From Amoebidium appalachense (Eukaryota > Protista > Ichthyosporea), in NCBI GenBank assembly GCA_963693365.1, contig CAVNZM010000004.1:4082947-4146946 (forward strand): a stretch of DNA of 64,000 bases, given 5' to 3'. Of this stretch, positions 14,824-41,332 are shown piece by piece; position 1 is the stretch's first letter, and every line of letters begins with the position of its first letter. Both the position numbers and the translations under genes were made by a program. Below the pieces are notes generated by a model, which searched no databases, had not been told where the DNA came from, and was given only the letters and a program-made list of their open reading frames with translations.

Positions 14824-15419
14824 CTCTCTCTCCCTCTCCCTCTCCCTCTCCCCCTACACACATACTCTTACAATGATTCATCCACAATTGCTTACTCACA
14901 TTTGCGGACCACACCACCACCCGTTTTCTATTGTCCCCCAACAAACAATTGTCAGCAAACGAGCAAAAACGAACCAAAATTTAATTTAATAGCAAATATA
15001 ATTTAATAATCACTAACCCAACCAACCAATCAAAACAGGGTACCAACGACTGCACGCGCAATGCCACCAACTGCCTCGCCGCTCGCCTAATCGTTGCAGC
15101 CCCTCCCCCCGAGCTTGTGAACCCCGAGGCTCTGTGCAAGAAGTACACAAACTGTTCGGATTGCACCAACGCAGCTCTGCCCGGGGACAAGACGTGCACG
15201 TGGCAGCCTGAGGCAAAGATGTGCACCCACGCATGTGCTGTGGAGGTGTGTGTGTGTGTGTGTGTCTGCATATGTGTTGAAGAAAGGGATTGGGGTGGAT
15301 GGTGTTCGTACTGGGTAAAAGTTGGGGGTTGTTGGTGGGTGGGCTGGTTAACAGTAAATGTGTATAATGGCTTGAGAGACGAGCAGGTTTTTTGCCTTAC
15401 TGCTGCATGTGTGTAACAA

Positions 15420-15450
<31 letters not shown>

Positions 15451-15458
15451 GGGGAAAC

Positions 15459-15489
<31 letters not shown>

Positions 15490-15611
15490 GGCTAGTCTTA
15501 ACGACACAAGCATTCTTTGTCGCAGAACCGAATCTTAACGTCCCATTTTTAACCCCTCGTACACGCCTATGCACACACACCAACACATACATGTACACCC
15601 ACACGCGCGCG

Positions 15612-15648
<37 letters not shown>

Positions 15649-15810
15649 ACACAGACGATAAACTGCATCGTTAAGGGTACCCCCTGCCCCGTACCGGCCG
15701 CCGTTGATGCCGCCTCCCTGAAACCCTCCCCGCCTGCCGGAGCTGTTGCTGCTGCCGCCGGGTCGCAAAATGGCGGCGGCATTGGATTGGTTAATGTAAA
15801 CGGCAACTAA
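8045..15810 (+). CDS. Secreted protein: TIMP/NTR-like N-terminal domain, Pro/Ala linker, three Cys-rich (PSI-like) repeats
   Basis: Nine phase-consistent exons: 8045-8199, 9821-9884, 10502-10665, 11548-11626, 12318-12551, 13314-13478, 14154-14390, 15039-15245, 15655-15810 (TAA). Signal peptide MAPAAKFAIVAASMLGALA; CVC...IIKGTVIG...VRYIVQVTDSIRG...TPATAKDCGV resembles the TIMP N-domain. Three C..CxxC..CTWQ..CTxxC repeats follow. Confidence 0.8.
9516..9660. repeat. Intronic tandem duplication, about 73 bp x2
   Basis: TAACCAGATCCGAGTTGTCCGTTGCAAGTGTTGAG..GAATTA..CCGTTTTTT..ACTGTGG.AATTGTTG occurs twice. Confidence 0.85.
10770..10908. repeat. Intronic tandem duplication, about 72 bp x2, each unit ending in a C-run
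   Basis: CAGCCTCTTGTTTCCCGTTATG.GTAAATTGTACTCTAAGGGCAATCTAACC occurs twice. Confidence 0.85.
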
Positions 15811-16596
15811 CCAACGTGGGTTTAAACAACCGATGGTAAACATGCACAGCACAGGTGATAGGACTATGGCTACAAGTTGTTTAGAAATTATTTATGCCCG
15901 GTCGTTTGCCGCTTTTAGAATTCATCTTATTTAGTACTGGGCCATGTATCCTTAACTTACGTTAGTGGGGTGCAGACTTAAGCTCTCGGCTCGACAACAT
16001 TACTAATAGGCCTATAATCATTCATTTGTCCTACTTGTACCGGAGGGCTTTTTTCAATTTTTTTGTCTAAATGACTATGTTTTCTTTTCTCCTATGATCC
16101 AATGCTGGCCCATCTAGTATTGCTGTATCCCCAATAAACCAGCAAATTGAATTACAGAAGTGCAGTTTAATTCCTTGCACTGTTGCGCAAACACGTGACT
16201 GATTCTTTCTGTTCCTCTGTCGAAGTCTGGGTTTGCACACAGCCTACAGCATTAAGGCGAGTGTGACATTGTGCATATGTGTGCCTCTGATGGTGTATGT
16301 GGAGCTCACGATCAAGCCGTCTAGCTGCCAGATTTGAGGGGCGGGGGGGAGATAAACATGTTGTTGTTGTTTGTGTGTGTGTGTGGGGGGGGGGGGGGGA
16401 GGGATGATATTGCACACTTTGTCACTGTGGTTGAATATACAACGACACACTAAATGACTTGCGAGAAAGCACATGCGGACTCCACCTGTATGTGCACGTC
16501 CATGTACGTTCATGTTCCTCCGGCCGCCACCCACTCCCCCGGGCCAAAAGCCAGCTGCGCATCCTGAGTTGTCCGTGCTTGCAATTGCATGCATTA

Positions 16597-16658
<62 letters not shown>

Positions 16659-19600
16659 CCGGTACCATGGCCACGGTGGCCATGGTGAGCACCATCGATA
16701 TATATCACCTAACACGCACGTACATCACAAACACACATGTGTACATGCCCCGGCCCGCGGCCCGTGGCACACATGATGTACACACCGTACAACGGTTACA
16801 GTGGACAAACACACACCTGCACTCTGTGACACACTATAGTAGTGCATGTCACTGTTGCACACATATCGACAGTGCATGTGCACACGTACGTACAAACAGA
16901 GAGGAAGATGGATTGGAGCGTGCACGTGTGTCATGCTGCACATGTACACACACGTGCACACATGCATGTGCAATGAGGCCATGAACAATACGTATATATG
17001 TTTATCATGGTGAACAACATCTGGTGCCAAATGAAGAAGAAGAAGTTTAGAAGAGTTGGTTCCTGCGCACTTCCTGCTTCCGCGGGAACACCAACGGTGA
17101 CCACTGGGTGTCCGAGAAATGGAATGCAGTCGGGAAACGCGCCAAAAAAGTTTTGGAGGATCGTGGATTCCGATGTCATCAGATCGTCCAATCACGTCGC
17201 ACTAGCTTGAACCAAAGCAACCAATCAAAGCCCATAAACACCCCACGCTCGGAGATCGCGAGGTTCTCGTTTTGGCTTTTCAGCTGTTCCATCTAGCGAA
17301 CGTGTATGTTCTCGTGATCTGTTCTGCAAATTGTGGCCCCCCGAGCCACAATAAACTTGGTGCGACCTGCAAGAATTACGTCAGAGGTTCTAGAACGTAA
17401 GAGAACAATATTCTATTATAGGATTACAGTTGGTTATTTTCGTATCACAAGTAGAAAAAGCGTCAACGTTTGCTCAGAGTTCTCTGTGTGCCTACGAAAG
17501 TCCGTGAGGGGGGGACATCGTCTATGAACGATATTACTATACTGTCGTGCAAACACATGAACGGCAGGGTGCTACATAATATAATTTGGTATTTTACAAA
17601 ATTCTGACACCTGGTACCAGCTACATGTTTTTACAAACGTGTTTTCTGTGTTAGGTGCACATATGTGTATGTAGGCATATATGGCACGGTGGATTAGCTC
17701 TTACCAGGCCCAGACCTGAATTCGTCGCTGCATTTTCTGCATAACAGGTCGATAGTGCTGCTAGAGTATACTTAATTTTCCTTTCACATATGCATCTCAT
17801 GGTCCTCTAATACAGCAAGGCTATATACTGCTTCTAATCCAGCACAGCACGAACATTACAATTCTGGCTAAATAGCACCTCGTTGTCAACAACCACCCCT
17901 GTTCACAGTTGATGAATTTGTGAGGTGTTTATCCTCGAAGGTCCTTCTTCTGTCGCATTTGGTTGGTTGTAACTCCACTCCGTTTAGAGCAAGGTAATAA
18001 TGCAACCCACCCACAAGCCATGTTTTATGTGAACGTTGTGGTCGTCCGGAGCCCCGGTTTTCCTAAACATGTAACGTGCGGAGCAGGACACGCGGACCCT
18101 GGCCTACTCCAAGGGTTTAGAGTACAAACATGTTCCGTACTTAAACATGTATAACGGTGAAGGTTTAAACAGCTCGTAAAATGTGCACTCACAAGCGTGT
18201 GCAAAGAGGGGTGCTGACTTTTTAATATCTTCGAATAACTTACAAATGAAACCCTATTTTCTTTAAAAAGCAATTCACTACATGCCCGAGCGAGAGCATT
18301 GTCCATTAAAAGAAAGCCACACACTGCCCCATGCCTCATCCTGTGTTGATAAAGTGGGGAAAGGGTGCAATTTGGATTTTGTGGATAATAGACCTCTGTG
18401 CTGACTGTGTGTTGTATGAGCACTGCACATCAAGTCCCCCCCCCCCCCCCCCCCCCCCCCTCCCCTCCCCACCGATTTTTGTTAATCCAGTCCCGTCTTG
18501 TTCTTCCACCTTCCTAACACCAGGCATGTCGTCCCTAGAGGCCTCTTAATGAAAGTTTATTCACTGCCCGCACTAACAATATGTTTATAAGCAGAGCCCC
18601 TGTCTGCTACGTATACAGCCAGCGAGCCCCGAATACTATTCTTATAACATCAACGCCTGTCGTGCACCAATAAAACACGTGCGCGTGGACACGACAAGCT
18701 ACCTTGCAGTTGATTTCAAAAAACACCATCAACAGCACAGCGGTGTTTCTTCATCATGACGTCAGCCATTAACGCAACCCTGTCCCCTGCCCAGGGCTCT
18801 ATGGGGAGGTCTATTCTTAACCCCGCCGGGTATGTGACTACGTCCCTTGTTCTTCCGTTTTTGTTTGTTCGAAAATCCCCATCTCCCCCCACCGCTCCTT
18901 CATGATCCCTGTCGATAACCAGAATACTTTTCTGCTAGTAGTTTTCTCCCTCCAGCAACTCCCTCTCCCTCACCGTTTTCATCACCCCATTTCGTCGCGC
19001 TATTCTCCCGTCCATTATCTAATTATGCCACATTTCGAGGGCTCCTGATATCCGGTGAAGATCTACCGTCTTCCTTCATTTGGCCTTAGAAAAAAATAGG
19101 TTTTCCAAGTTTTTTTTTTTGTTGTTGTTGTTGTTGTTGCTGTTGTTGATTGTGGTGTCCCCCCCCCCCCCCCCCCCCCCCCCTCTCCCCCCTCCCCTCT
19201 TTTTTTCCTTTCTTTCTTTCTTTCTTTTTTTCTGCCCGCTCTCTCCAGTCAAATAAATTTGTTTAATTGCGTGGGCTGGAGTATGGGAAGGGGAGGTTTG
19301 ATTGATCTCTCCTGCCGTGACCGTACGAAATAATCTACGTGCTCTGGCTCTAATCCGTATGTGGCAATAATCCCCATATACCTCTTATTATCATATCATT
19401 CTGCGCGCCTATCCATACACACAATACCACAAAATTAATATTCCCTTTACATTTTATATGTAACGAATCCTTTAAACTGCCATCTCATACTACTCCCTTA
19501 CTTAAATACCCATTATCAACTTTACACATCCGCTACACAACACCCCCCCCCCCCCCCCACCACAACCCCCTTCCCCCCCTCCCGCCCCCCCCCCCCCCCC

Positions 19601-19818
19601 CTCCCCCCCCCCCCCCCCCCCCTCCCCAACCCCTCCCCCCGCCAGCATGGGCTCTGCTTACTATGCATACTCTTTATGTCTGATTTGCACCATGCATCGT
19701 GTTGTACGTTGTTCATGTGTGCTTCGTACTTTATAGCGCAGTCAACCCCCCCCCCCCCCTCCCCCCCCCCCCCCCCCCCCCTCTCCCCCTCCTTCGACTC
19801 ATTAATCACCTCCACAGG

Positions 19819-25180
<5,362 letters not shown>

Positions 25181-25947
25181 TACGGTATCTGCCTATACAT
25201 ACTTCCTCCTCGCCTTCCCCCCCTCCCACCCACCCACACACACAAACACACACACGCACACACACACACGCACGCACACACGCACACACACACGCACGCA
25301 CGCACACCCACCCACCCACCCACCCACCCACCCACACCACCACCACTCCTTTTTCTCTTCCCTTCCAGGTTCTTCTGGATTCCCCCCCCCCCCCCCCCCC
25401 CCTCCCCCCCCCGCCGCGCCCGCCTTTCTCCCTCTGCAACCAAAAAACAGAACGTACACCCACACACACACACACACACACACCGTGTGACACATGCCAC
25501 AACTTCTGGTACATATATATCGGCCTGCACGATTGGATACACAAAAAGTTCACCCTGCAAGTGCATGGCCAGATTGGAGGTTTTCCTTCTTTAATTTATC
25601 ATCTTCGTTTATGCATTTTTTATCTGCGGCTTAATTCAATGGTATTAGCATACACTTACAAGCATCGATCACTTTCTCATGATTTTAAGAATCCCATTTA
25701 TTGAAGTTAGAAGTTTTGCCGTTCTTGAACACTGCAGATGTAAACATGTGCAGATGTAAACATGCTTAAAAAGCGATAGTTAAAGTGTTAATAAATGTAA
25801 AGTCTGCAACGATGTAGATGTAATAAAAGAACATACAAAAGTAGAAGCCTGGTTTTCATACGATTATCAATATGTGACCATTCATATGTACACTCATGAG
25901 TATTCAAAGAGCAATACATTGATTCAAAAGAGCACGTTTCGTGCGTG

Positions 25948-26039
<92 letters not shown>

Positions 26040-26295
26040 TGCACACAGACGCGCACCCCGGAGTCGGGTGTGTACATACATACTTGCACACGCGCACATT
26101 TGTGTGCCCGCACATGTGCATGCCTGTTTGTGTGCTCGCAACTCTCGGGATGTGTGTGTGGTGTGTGTGTGTGCACTTGTCTTTCGAAGTACAAAGGCCC
26201 ATCATAAACAAAGGAAAAAAGAGAACAAAACAAGCGAATTCAGAAAGAAAAACCAGCAATGAATAAAGTAAAAAGAGCAAGAGCAAAAGGGATGC

Positions 26296-26367
26296 TGCCC
26301 GGACAGAGATTCGAACTCCGGTTACTACGGCCACAACGTAGGGTCCTAACCACTAGACGATCCGAGC
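26296..26367 (-). tRNA. trnH-GUG: tRNA-His (GUG), copy 1
   Basis: Reverse complement GCTCGGATCGTCTAGTGGTTAGGACCCTACGTTGTGGCCGTAGTAACCGGAGTTCGAATCTCTGTCCGGGCA folds as a cloverleaf with GTG anticodon, A-box, GTTCGAAT T-loop and a downstream T-run. Confidence 0.96.
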
Positions 26368-26602
26368 TGTTCACATTCCAAGGAAAAAGAAAAATGTCAA
26401 ACCTTAACTCAAAGCGCACATGAAAATGTGTTGTAGGTGTTGCGCATCTGTTGTGCATGTGTGTGTGGGTACGCGTGTAAAAGAAAGCCTATGAAGCAGT
26501 TGAAAAAAAATCTTTGACAGACCCGGGAAGGCAAAAATCCAAAGTGCAGGGGCAGACGACACAGAGAAAGAAGGACGGAAAAGGGAAACTGAAAAAAAAG
26601 AG

Positions 26603-26674
26603 TGCCCGGACAGAGATTCGAACTCCGGTTACTACGGCCACAACGTAGGGTCCTAACCACTAGACGATCCGAGC
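26603..26674 (-). tRNA. trnH-GUG: tRNA-His (GUG), copy 2
   Basis: Identical to copy 1; followed by an oligo-T Pol III terminator on the minus strand. Confidence 0.96.
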
Positions 26675-26925
26675 TCTGATGCTCACGCTGGGGACATCAA
26701 AAAAAACAAAAAAAAAAAAAAAAAAAACAATTGCACCTTCCCCTCCTTTTGCCCCAGCACTAACAGCAACATGTTTGCAGGGCAAAAAAAAGAAAGAAAG
26801 AAAGAAAGATCGATACGCGGTTGTTAGGCAGGGCGCAACCTCAAACAAACAATCCAGGCCGGGAAAGGCAAATAAGGGGGGGGGGGGGGAGGGGGGGGGA
26901 GAAAAAAATGGGGAAAAAAAAGGAA

Positions 26926-26997
26926 TGCCCGGACAGAGATTCGAACTCCGGTTACTACGGCCACAACGTAGGGTCCTAACCACTAGACGATCCGAGC
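26926..26997 (-). tRNA. trnH-GUG: tRNA-His (GUG), copy 3
   Basis: Identical to copy 1; followed by an oligo-T Pol III terminator on the minus strand. Confidence 0.96.
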
Positions 26998-27292
26998 TGT
27001 TAATAGGTTGAGGCTCAAATAAAATATGAGCGTCTCAAAGGGAGCCCATGAACATAAAGCCGAAAAAGGCTAGTAAGGTTCACATTCTTTCAACTACTCA
27101 ATGCCAAAAATGATACGTTTTGCCGCCATACATAAACTTCACTTTTAACATTTAGTTTTGCATTCATTCGGTGTTCAAACTTTCAACCCGTTCGTAAAAA
27201 AAGGAACGTAAGGCATTCGTTTTTAAAGCTGCCCAACGTAATCAATAAAACATAACTAAAAAAACTATAAAACTCTAAAAAACTATAAAAAA

Positions 27293-36995
<9,703 letters not shown>

Positions 36996-37463
36996 TATGG
37001 TGTCTTATGAAACGGTAGTTCAAGGGGATGTATATTCACGTGTACTTATTAGATCAAGTGTTGGTGTCTAAATGGTTTAATCCAGCTAAGACCAAATAGA
37101 AAAAATAAACACTGTGCCTCTAACGGGCGTTTGCTGGACACATGTATGATAAGCAAAGCTGCCTAACCCCGTGAGCTAGAAGTGAGTTTGCTTGTGACGT
37201 ATCCCGTTCAGCTACTGATACACGACTCTTACAACGCTCATGTTTTTGGTTGCATAGACAACTGCAAGGGGAACGGTGATATTACAAATCGGTGAACAGT
37301 TTTGATTAGCGTAAGAAAGACTTTTGAGTATTGAACATTGGCCTATTTTGCATCGGTGCGTTTAAAAAGTTTGGGATTCCATATTAGTCACGCGTTTGTA
37401 TTGACGCATAACGGGCATCACTGCTCGCGGTGTCACGAGCCAACTCCCCCCCGCGGGCCCGCC

Positions 37464-37503
<40 letters not shown>

Positions 37504-37743
37504 ACCCACCCACACCCACCCACACACACGCAAACACCCACCCCATCTCCCGTTGGCGTACCAAGCCCCAAGAGATGTGGAAGTAGGAACCAAGAGACAA
37601 ACTACAACAAAGTCATGTTGCGTCTGAAGTCGAACGAAGTGCTCATACATAAAAATCTTACCGCGTTGGAGATGCGTGCGCGACGATCCGCGATCATGAC
37701 TTTGTGGGTGTAGGTGTACGTGTGTTTTCCGAGGGCTTGCGAA

Positions 37744-37779
<36 letters not shown>

Positions 37780-38346
37780 CTTTTTATATGCCACGTACCT
37801 TGCGAATTGGTTTTTAGGTGCAGTATCTAGGCTCGCCAGAGGATTTGAGGGGGAGGCGGGAGGCTTTAAGGAGTTTTAAGGGAGGCCTAGGGCTGGGGGG
37901 CCCCGGGGAGGGGGGGGGGGGGGGGGGGGGGGGGGGTCCCTTTCCCACTTCTTTCACGTGTTTTCCCTTGTTTCGTTCCTTTTTACCCTTCACTCTTTTT
38001 CTGCCTTTCTTGCTTTCTTTCTTTCTTCTTTCTTTTTTTTTTTTGGAGGGAAGGGGGGGGGGGGGGGGGGGGAGGGGAGGGGAGGGGGGCCGGGGGGGGG
38101 GTCTAAGACGGCTATACAGAGATAAAGGGGGGGGGGGGGGGGCTTCATATAGCCTTCTTTTCAGACATCCCCCCTTCCCCCCCTCCCCCCCGGGAAGAGG
38201 GGGAAAAAAAAAGAAAGCAAAATTAAAAAAAAAAAACTGGAGAATATCAATAATGGTATTGGCCGGAACACCACACCAAAAACTCACAAAAAAACGGCAT
38301 GACGTTGTATGCCCGGTAATTCGCACATGATTCAGGGGTCACGCAG

Positions 38347-38482
<136 letters not shown>

Positions 38483-38904
38483 TATAGATAGTATATATAT
38501 ATCTATATAGACGGGTACATATGCCTGCCAATAGAGAATACCGTCTTAAAAAACCACAGAAGTTCGAATTCCAAAAGTATTGTTAACCATACATATAACC
38601 CACACAACAGTCTGAGTACCGCGGCCGTGAGGGACACAGACACTCACACCGCACGCATGTACTTGGTGATTGTTTTCCTTTTTGATTCCCTTTTTGATCA
38701 GTTGCACGGGTCACCCGTCACATTAGTTTTAACGGTAATTACTTATAAGCACCCACCGGGCCGACCAAAAATGTTGCTACTGTAGTCAACATCGGTGTTT
38801 GCTTCTCTGTTAAGGGCCCTCCGCTATAGGTCGGAACATGCAAACCCATCACACCTCCTTTGAATTCTCTCCCATATGCCTCCTGCGACCACAAACCCAC
38901 CCAC

Positions 38905-39710
38905 CCCCCGCGCGGCCTGGGGGGAGGCCGCACACCGCAAACCGCACCAAAAACTTGCAAGAAAACAGCAAGTATGCATGCACATGGGCCCAGCCATGCA
39001 GATACATGGACGGTGGCTACATAGTCAATTGTGATAAACAAAACATGCGGGGGAAAAAAAGTGCCTAAACCGCCAAAAAGTGCTCTGTGTCTCAAAAAGC
39101 CATAAGAATTCAATGTTCCTGGAAACAAAAAAAAAAGGGGGGGGGGGGGGGGGGGGGGGGGGGGAGGGTCGATGCCACACAGATCATTCTATAGTCTTCC
39201 TTTGTCTCGCCTTTCCCCGTCTTTTCCTCTTCTTCTTCTTCTTGAGAGGAGGAAGAGGGAGTCATCTAGCTAGCACGTCTTTCCAAAATAACCCCCCCCC
39301 CCACCCCCACCCCCCAACCCACCACCACCACCACCACTACCCACCCACACCCACCCACCCACCGCGCGTTGTGGGGGGGAGGCCGCATACCGCGAACCGC
39401 ACAAAAAACTTGCAAGAAAACAGCAAGTATGCACATGGGCCCAGCTATGCAGATACATGGGTTACCCACCGGGGTGGCTGGGGTGAATACCTGGGCAAAG
39501 TGTGTGCAAATAGTTGTGATTGTTTAAAGGTGTGTTAGCTTAGCTAATAATGCCGGAACACCCTAGGTAGAGTACTGTCGGTGCTGGGTGGAAGACGGTA
39601 TTTCCCCCGAAGGGCCCAAGGGGTCCCTCCGGGAACAAAACGGGATTAAAAAAAAAAAATACATGAACGTCGGCTACATAGTCAAAGTCATAAACAAAAA
39701 CATGCGTGGG

Positions 39711-39744
<34 letters not shown>

Positions 39745-39890
39745 GGAGGGGGTGGGGAAGTGCCTAAACTGCCAAAAAGTGCTCTGTGTCTCACAAAGCC
39801 CATAAGATTCAAAAAAAAAAAAAAAGGGGGGGGGGGGGGGGGGATGGTTTGGTGCCACACAGATCATCCTATGTTCTCTATTGTCGCTTG
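38905..39890. repeat. Diverged tandem duplication (~300 bp unit); second unit interrupted by a retroposon
   Basis: GGAGGCCGCA.ACCGC.AACCGCAC.AAAAACTTGCAAGAAAACAGCAAGTATGCA..GGCTACATAGTCAA..GTGCCTAAAC.GCCAAAAAGTGCTCTGTGTCTCA..GCCACACAGATCAT is present at ~38905-39200 and ~39350-39890. Confidence 0.85.
39460..39658 (+). mobile_element. SINE or 5'-truncated non-LTR retroposon with poly(A) tail and 7-bp target-site duplication
   Basis: The insert is absent from the paralogous unit at ~39000, ends in an A-run (39648-39658), and is flanked by ATACATG at 39453-39459 and 39659-39665. Confidence 0.85.
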
Positions 39891-40060
39891 ATTTGTAGGT
39901 GCATGCACCTCTATCAGTATGAAAAAATGCCTCATTTATGTAACGTCCCAGTGTCACTTGTTTTTTTTTCACAAGGGTCCTATTTCTTTCTTGTTCCTTT
40001 TTCTTTCCTCCCTCCCTCCCCCCCCACCCCATCCCCACTTTTGTCACCTTTTAGTCTATC

Positions 40061-40091
<31 letters not shown>

Positions 40092-40127
40092 TTGCTATCG
40101 ACCACATGCTCCTTTTCCAGGGGGTTT

Positions 40128-40250
40128 ATTTCAGGGGATATTGAGAAGATATAACTTCAACAAGTTCAAAGATCACTGCGAACATCGATGCAGTTGTTTC
40201 AAAACTGACGCTTTGCAGTGTCTGATCTACATGACCATTGCGTATTCCGA
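40128..40250 (+). pseudogene. Possible relic of a hAT transposase C-terminal dimerization domain
   Basis: ISGDIEKI*/FNKFKDHCEHRCSCFKTDALQCLIYM fits the ERxFSxxKxxxxxxRxxLxxxxLxxLxY spacing, with a stop/frameshift and Arg-to-Cys changes. The match is short and no TIRs were confirmed. Confidence 0.3.
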
Positions 40251-40690
40251 TAACACCTCGGCCGGCAATGAATATATCCGATGATCATGAAGGTTTGGCC
40301 AACATCTCTAACGTCCAACGAACCCCTCACCAGTAATGCAGCTCTTGAATATCGATTTTTATATTTTATAATGACTTGGATAAGATATTATTTCTCCGAA
40401 ATTCGATATGCAGTAAGTCGCCAAGGGAAAGTCACGGAAAGTATTTGACAAAACATCGGATTCTGTACAATCAACATATACCACTATGCTACAGACACCA
40501 CCAGCACCACCTTTGCCTGTTATTACCCCAACACAATTCAAGTGTTTGCATCCACATAATTCACATCCGTGTATACCCATTTGCACGCGTAAAAGCTCAT
40601 GACAACGCGGCACATTTGAACGCATGATAAATGCAAAGCACCCTACTCAGTTGAACACCCATTCACATTCCATGCAGGATAATCCACCAA

Positions 40691-41299
40691 TCACTCGTCT
40701 CCATCCACCACCACCTCCTCCTCATTGGCTCCCGCACCAATCATGTGCCCCAATCCCAGCCTCTTCATCAGCCCACCCATGACGTCATCACACGTGGCAT
40801 GTAGGCGCAAGTCAGCAATGGGGTCCAAGGGGGTACGCTGCAAATTTGCAATCACCAGCCGGGCGGGGGGGTTCTTGCGTGAGGCCTTCTGGGGAATCTG
40901 TTTCGTCGAATAGAAGGCATGAGGTTCTTTTCTTTCCCGAGGCCTAGCTTTTTCTATTTTCTTTCTTTCTTTCTTTCTTTCTTTAGACTTTCTTTCTTTT
41001 TTTTTTTGTTTTTTGTTTTTTGATTTTTTTTTTTGGGGGGGGGGGGTGGAGGGGGAGGGGAAGAGGGGGGGGGGGGGGGGGGGGGGGGGAGGATGGGTAT
41101 TGCATAGGTATGTGCCAATGACATGCAGTAGTAGTGCGAAGAAAGGGTAGAGAGGAGAGGATAGCTAAGAAAGAGGGGAAGGGGTGGAGGGGAGGGGGGG
41201 TGATTATACATCAGTGTAGAGCTGAAGGCACTGGGAGATCATATAATCTATGTGTGGGTGTGTGGGTGCGCCGGTTTACAGGCCGTTGAGGGGGGGGGA

Positions 41300-41332
<33 letters not shown>

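Noticed and set aside
16664-16686. Perfect palindrome ACCATGGCCAC-G-GTGGCCATGGT as a Helitron 3' hairpin
   Set aside because: No CTRR terminus at the expected distance on either strand.
18670-18770. CACGTG E-box, CCAAT and TGACGTCA upstream of the bHLH gene as an autoregulatory site
   Set aside because: CACGTG is very common in this CA/GT-rich DNA and no correctly spaced tandem E-box is present.
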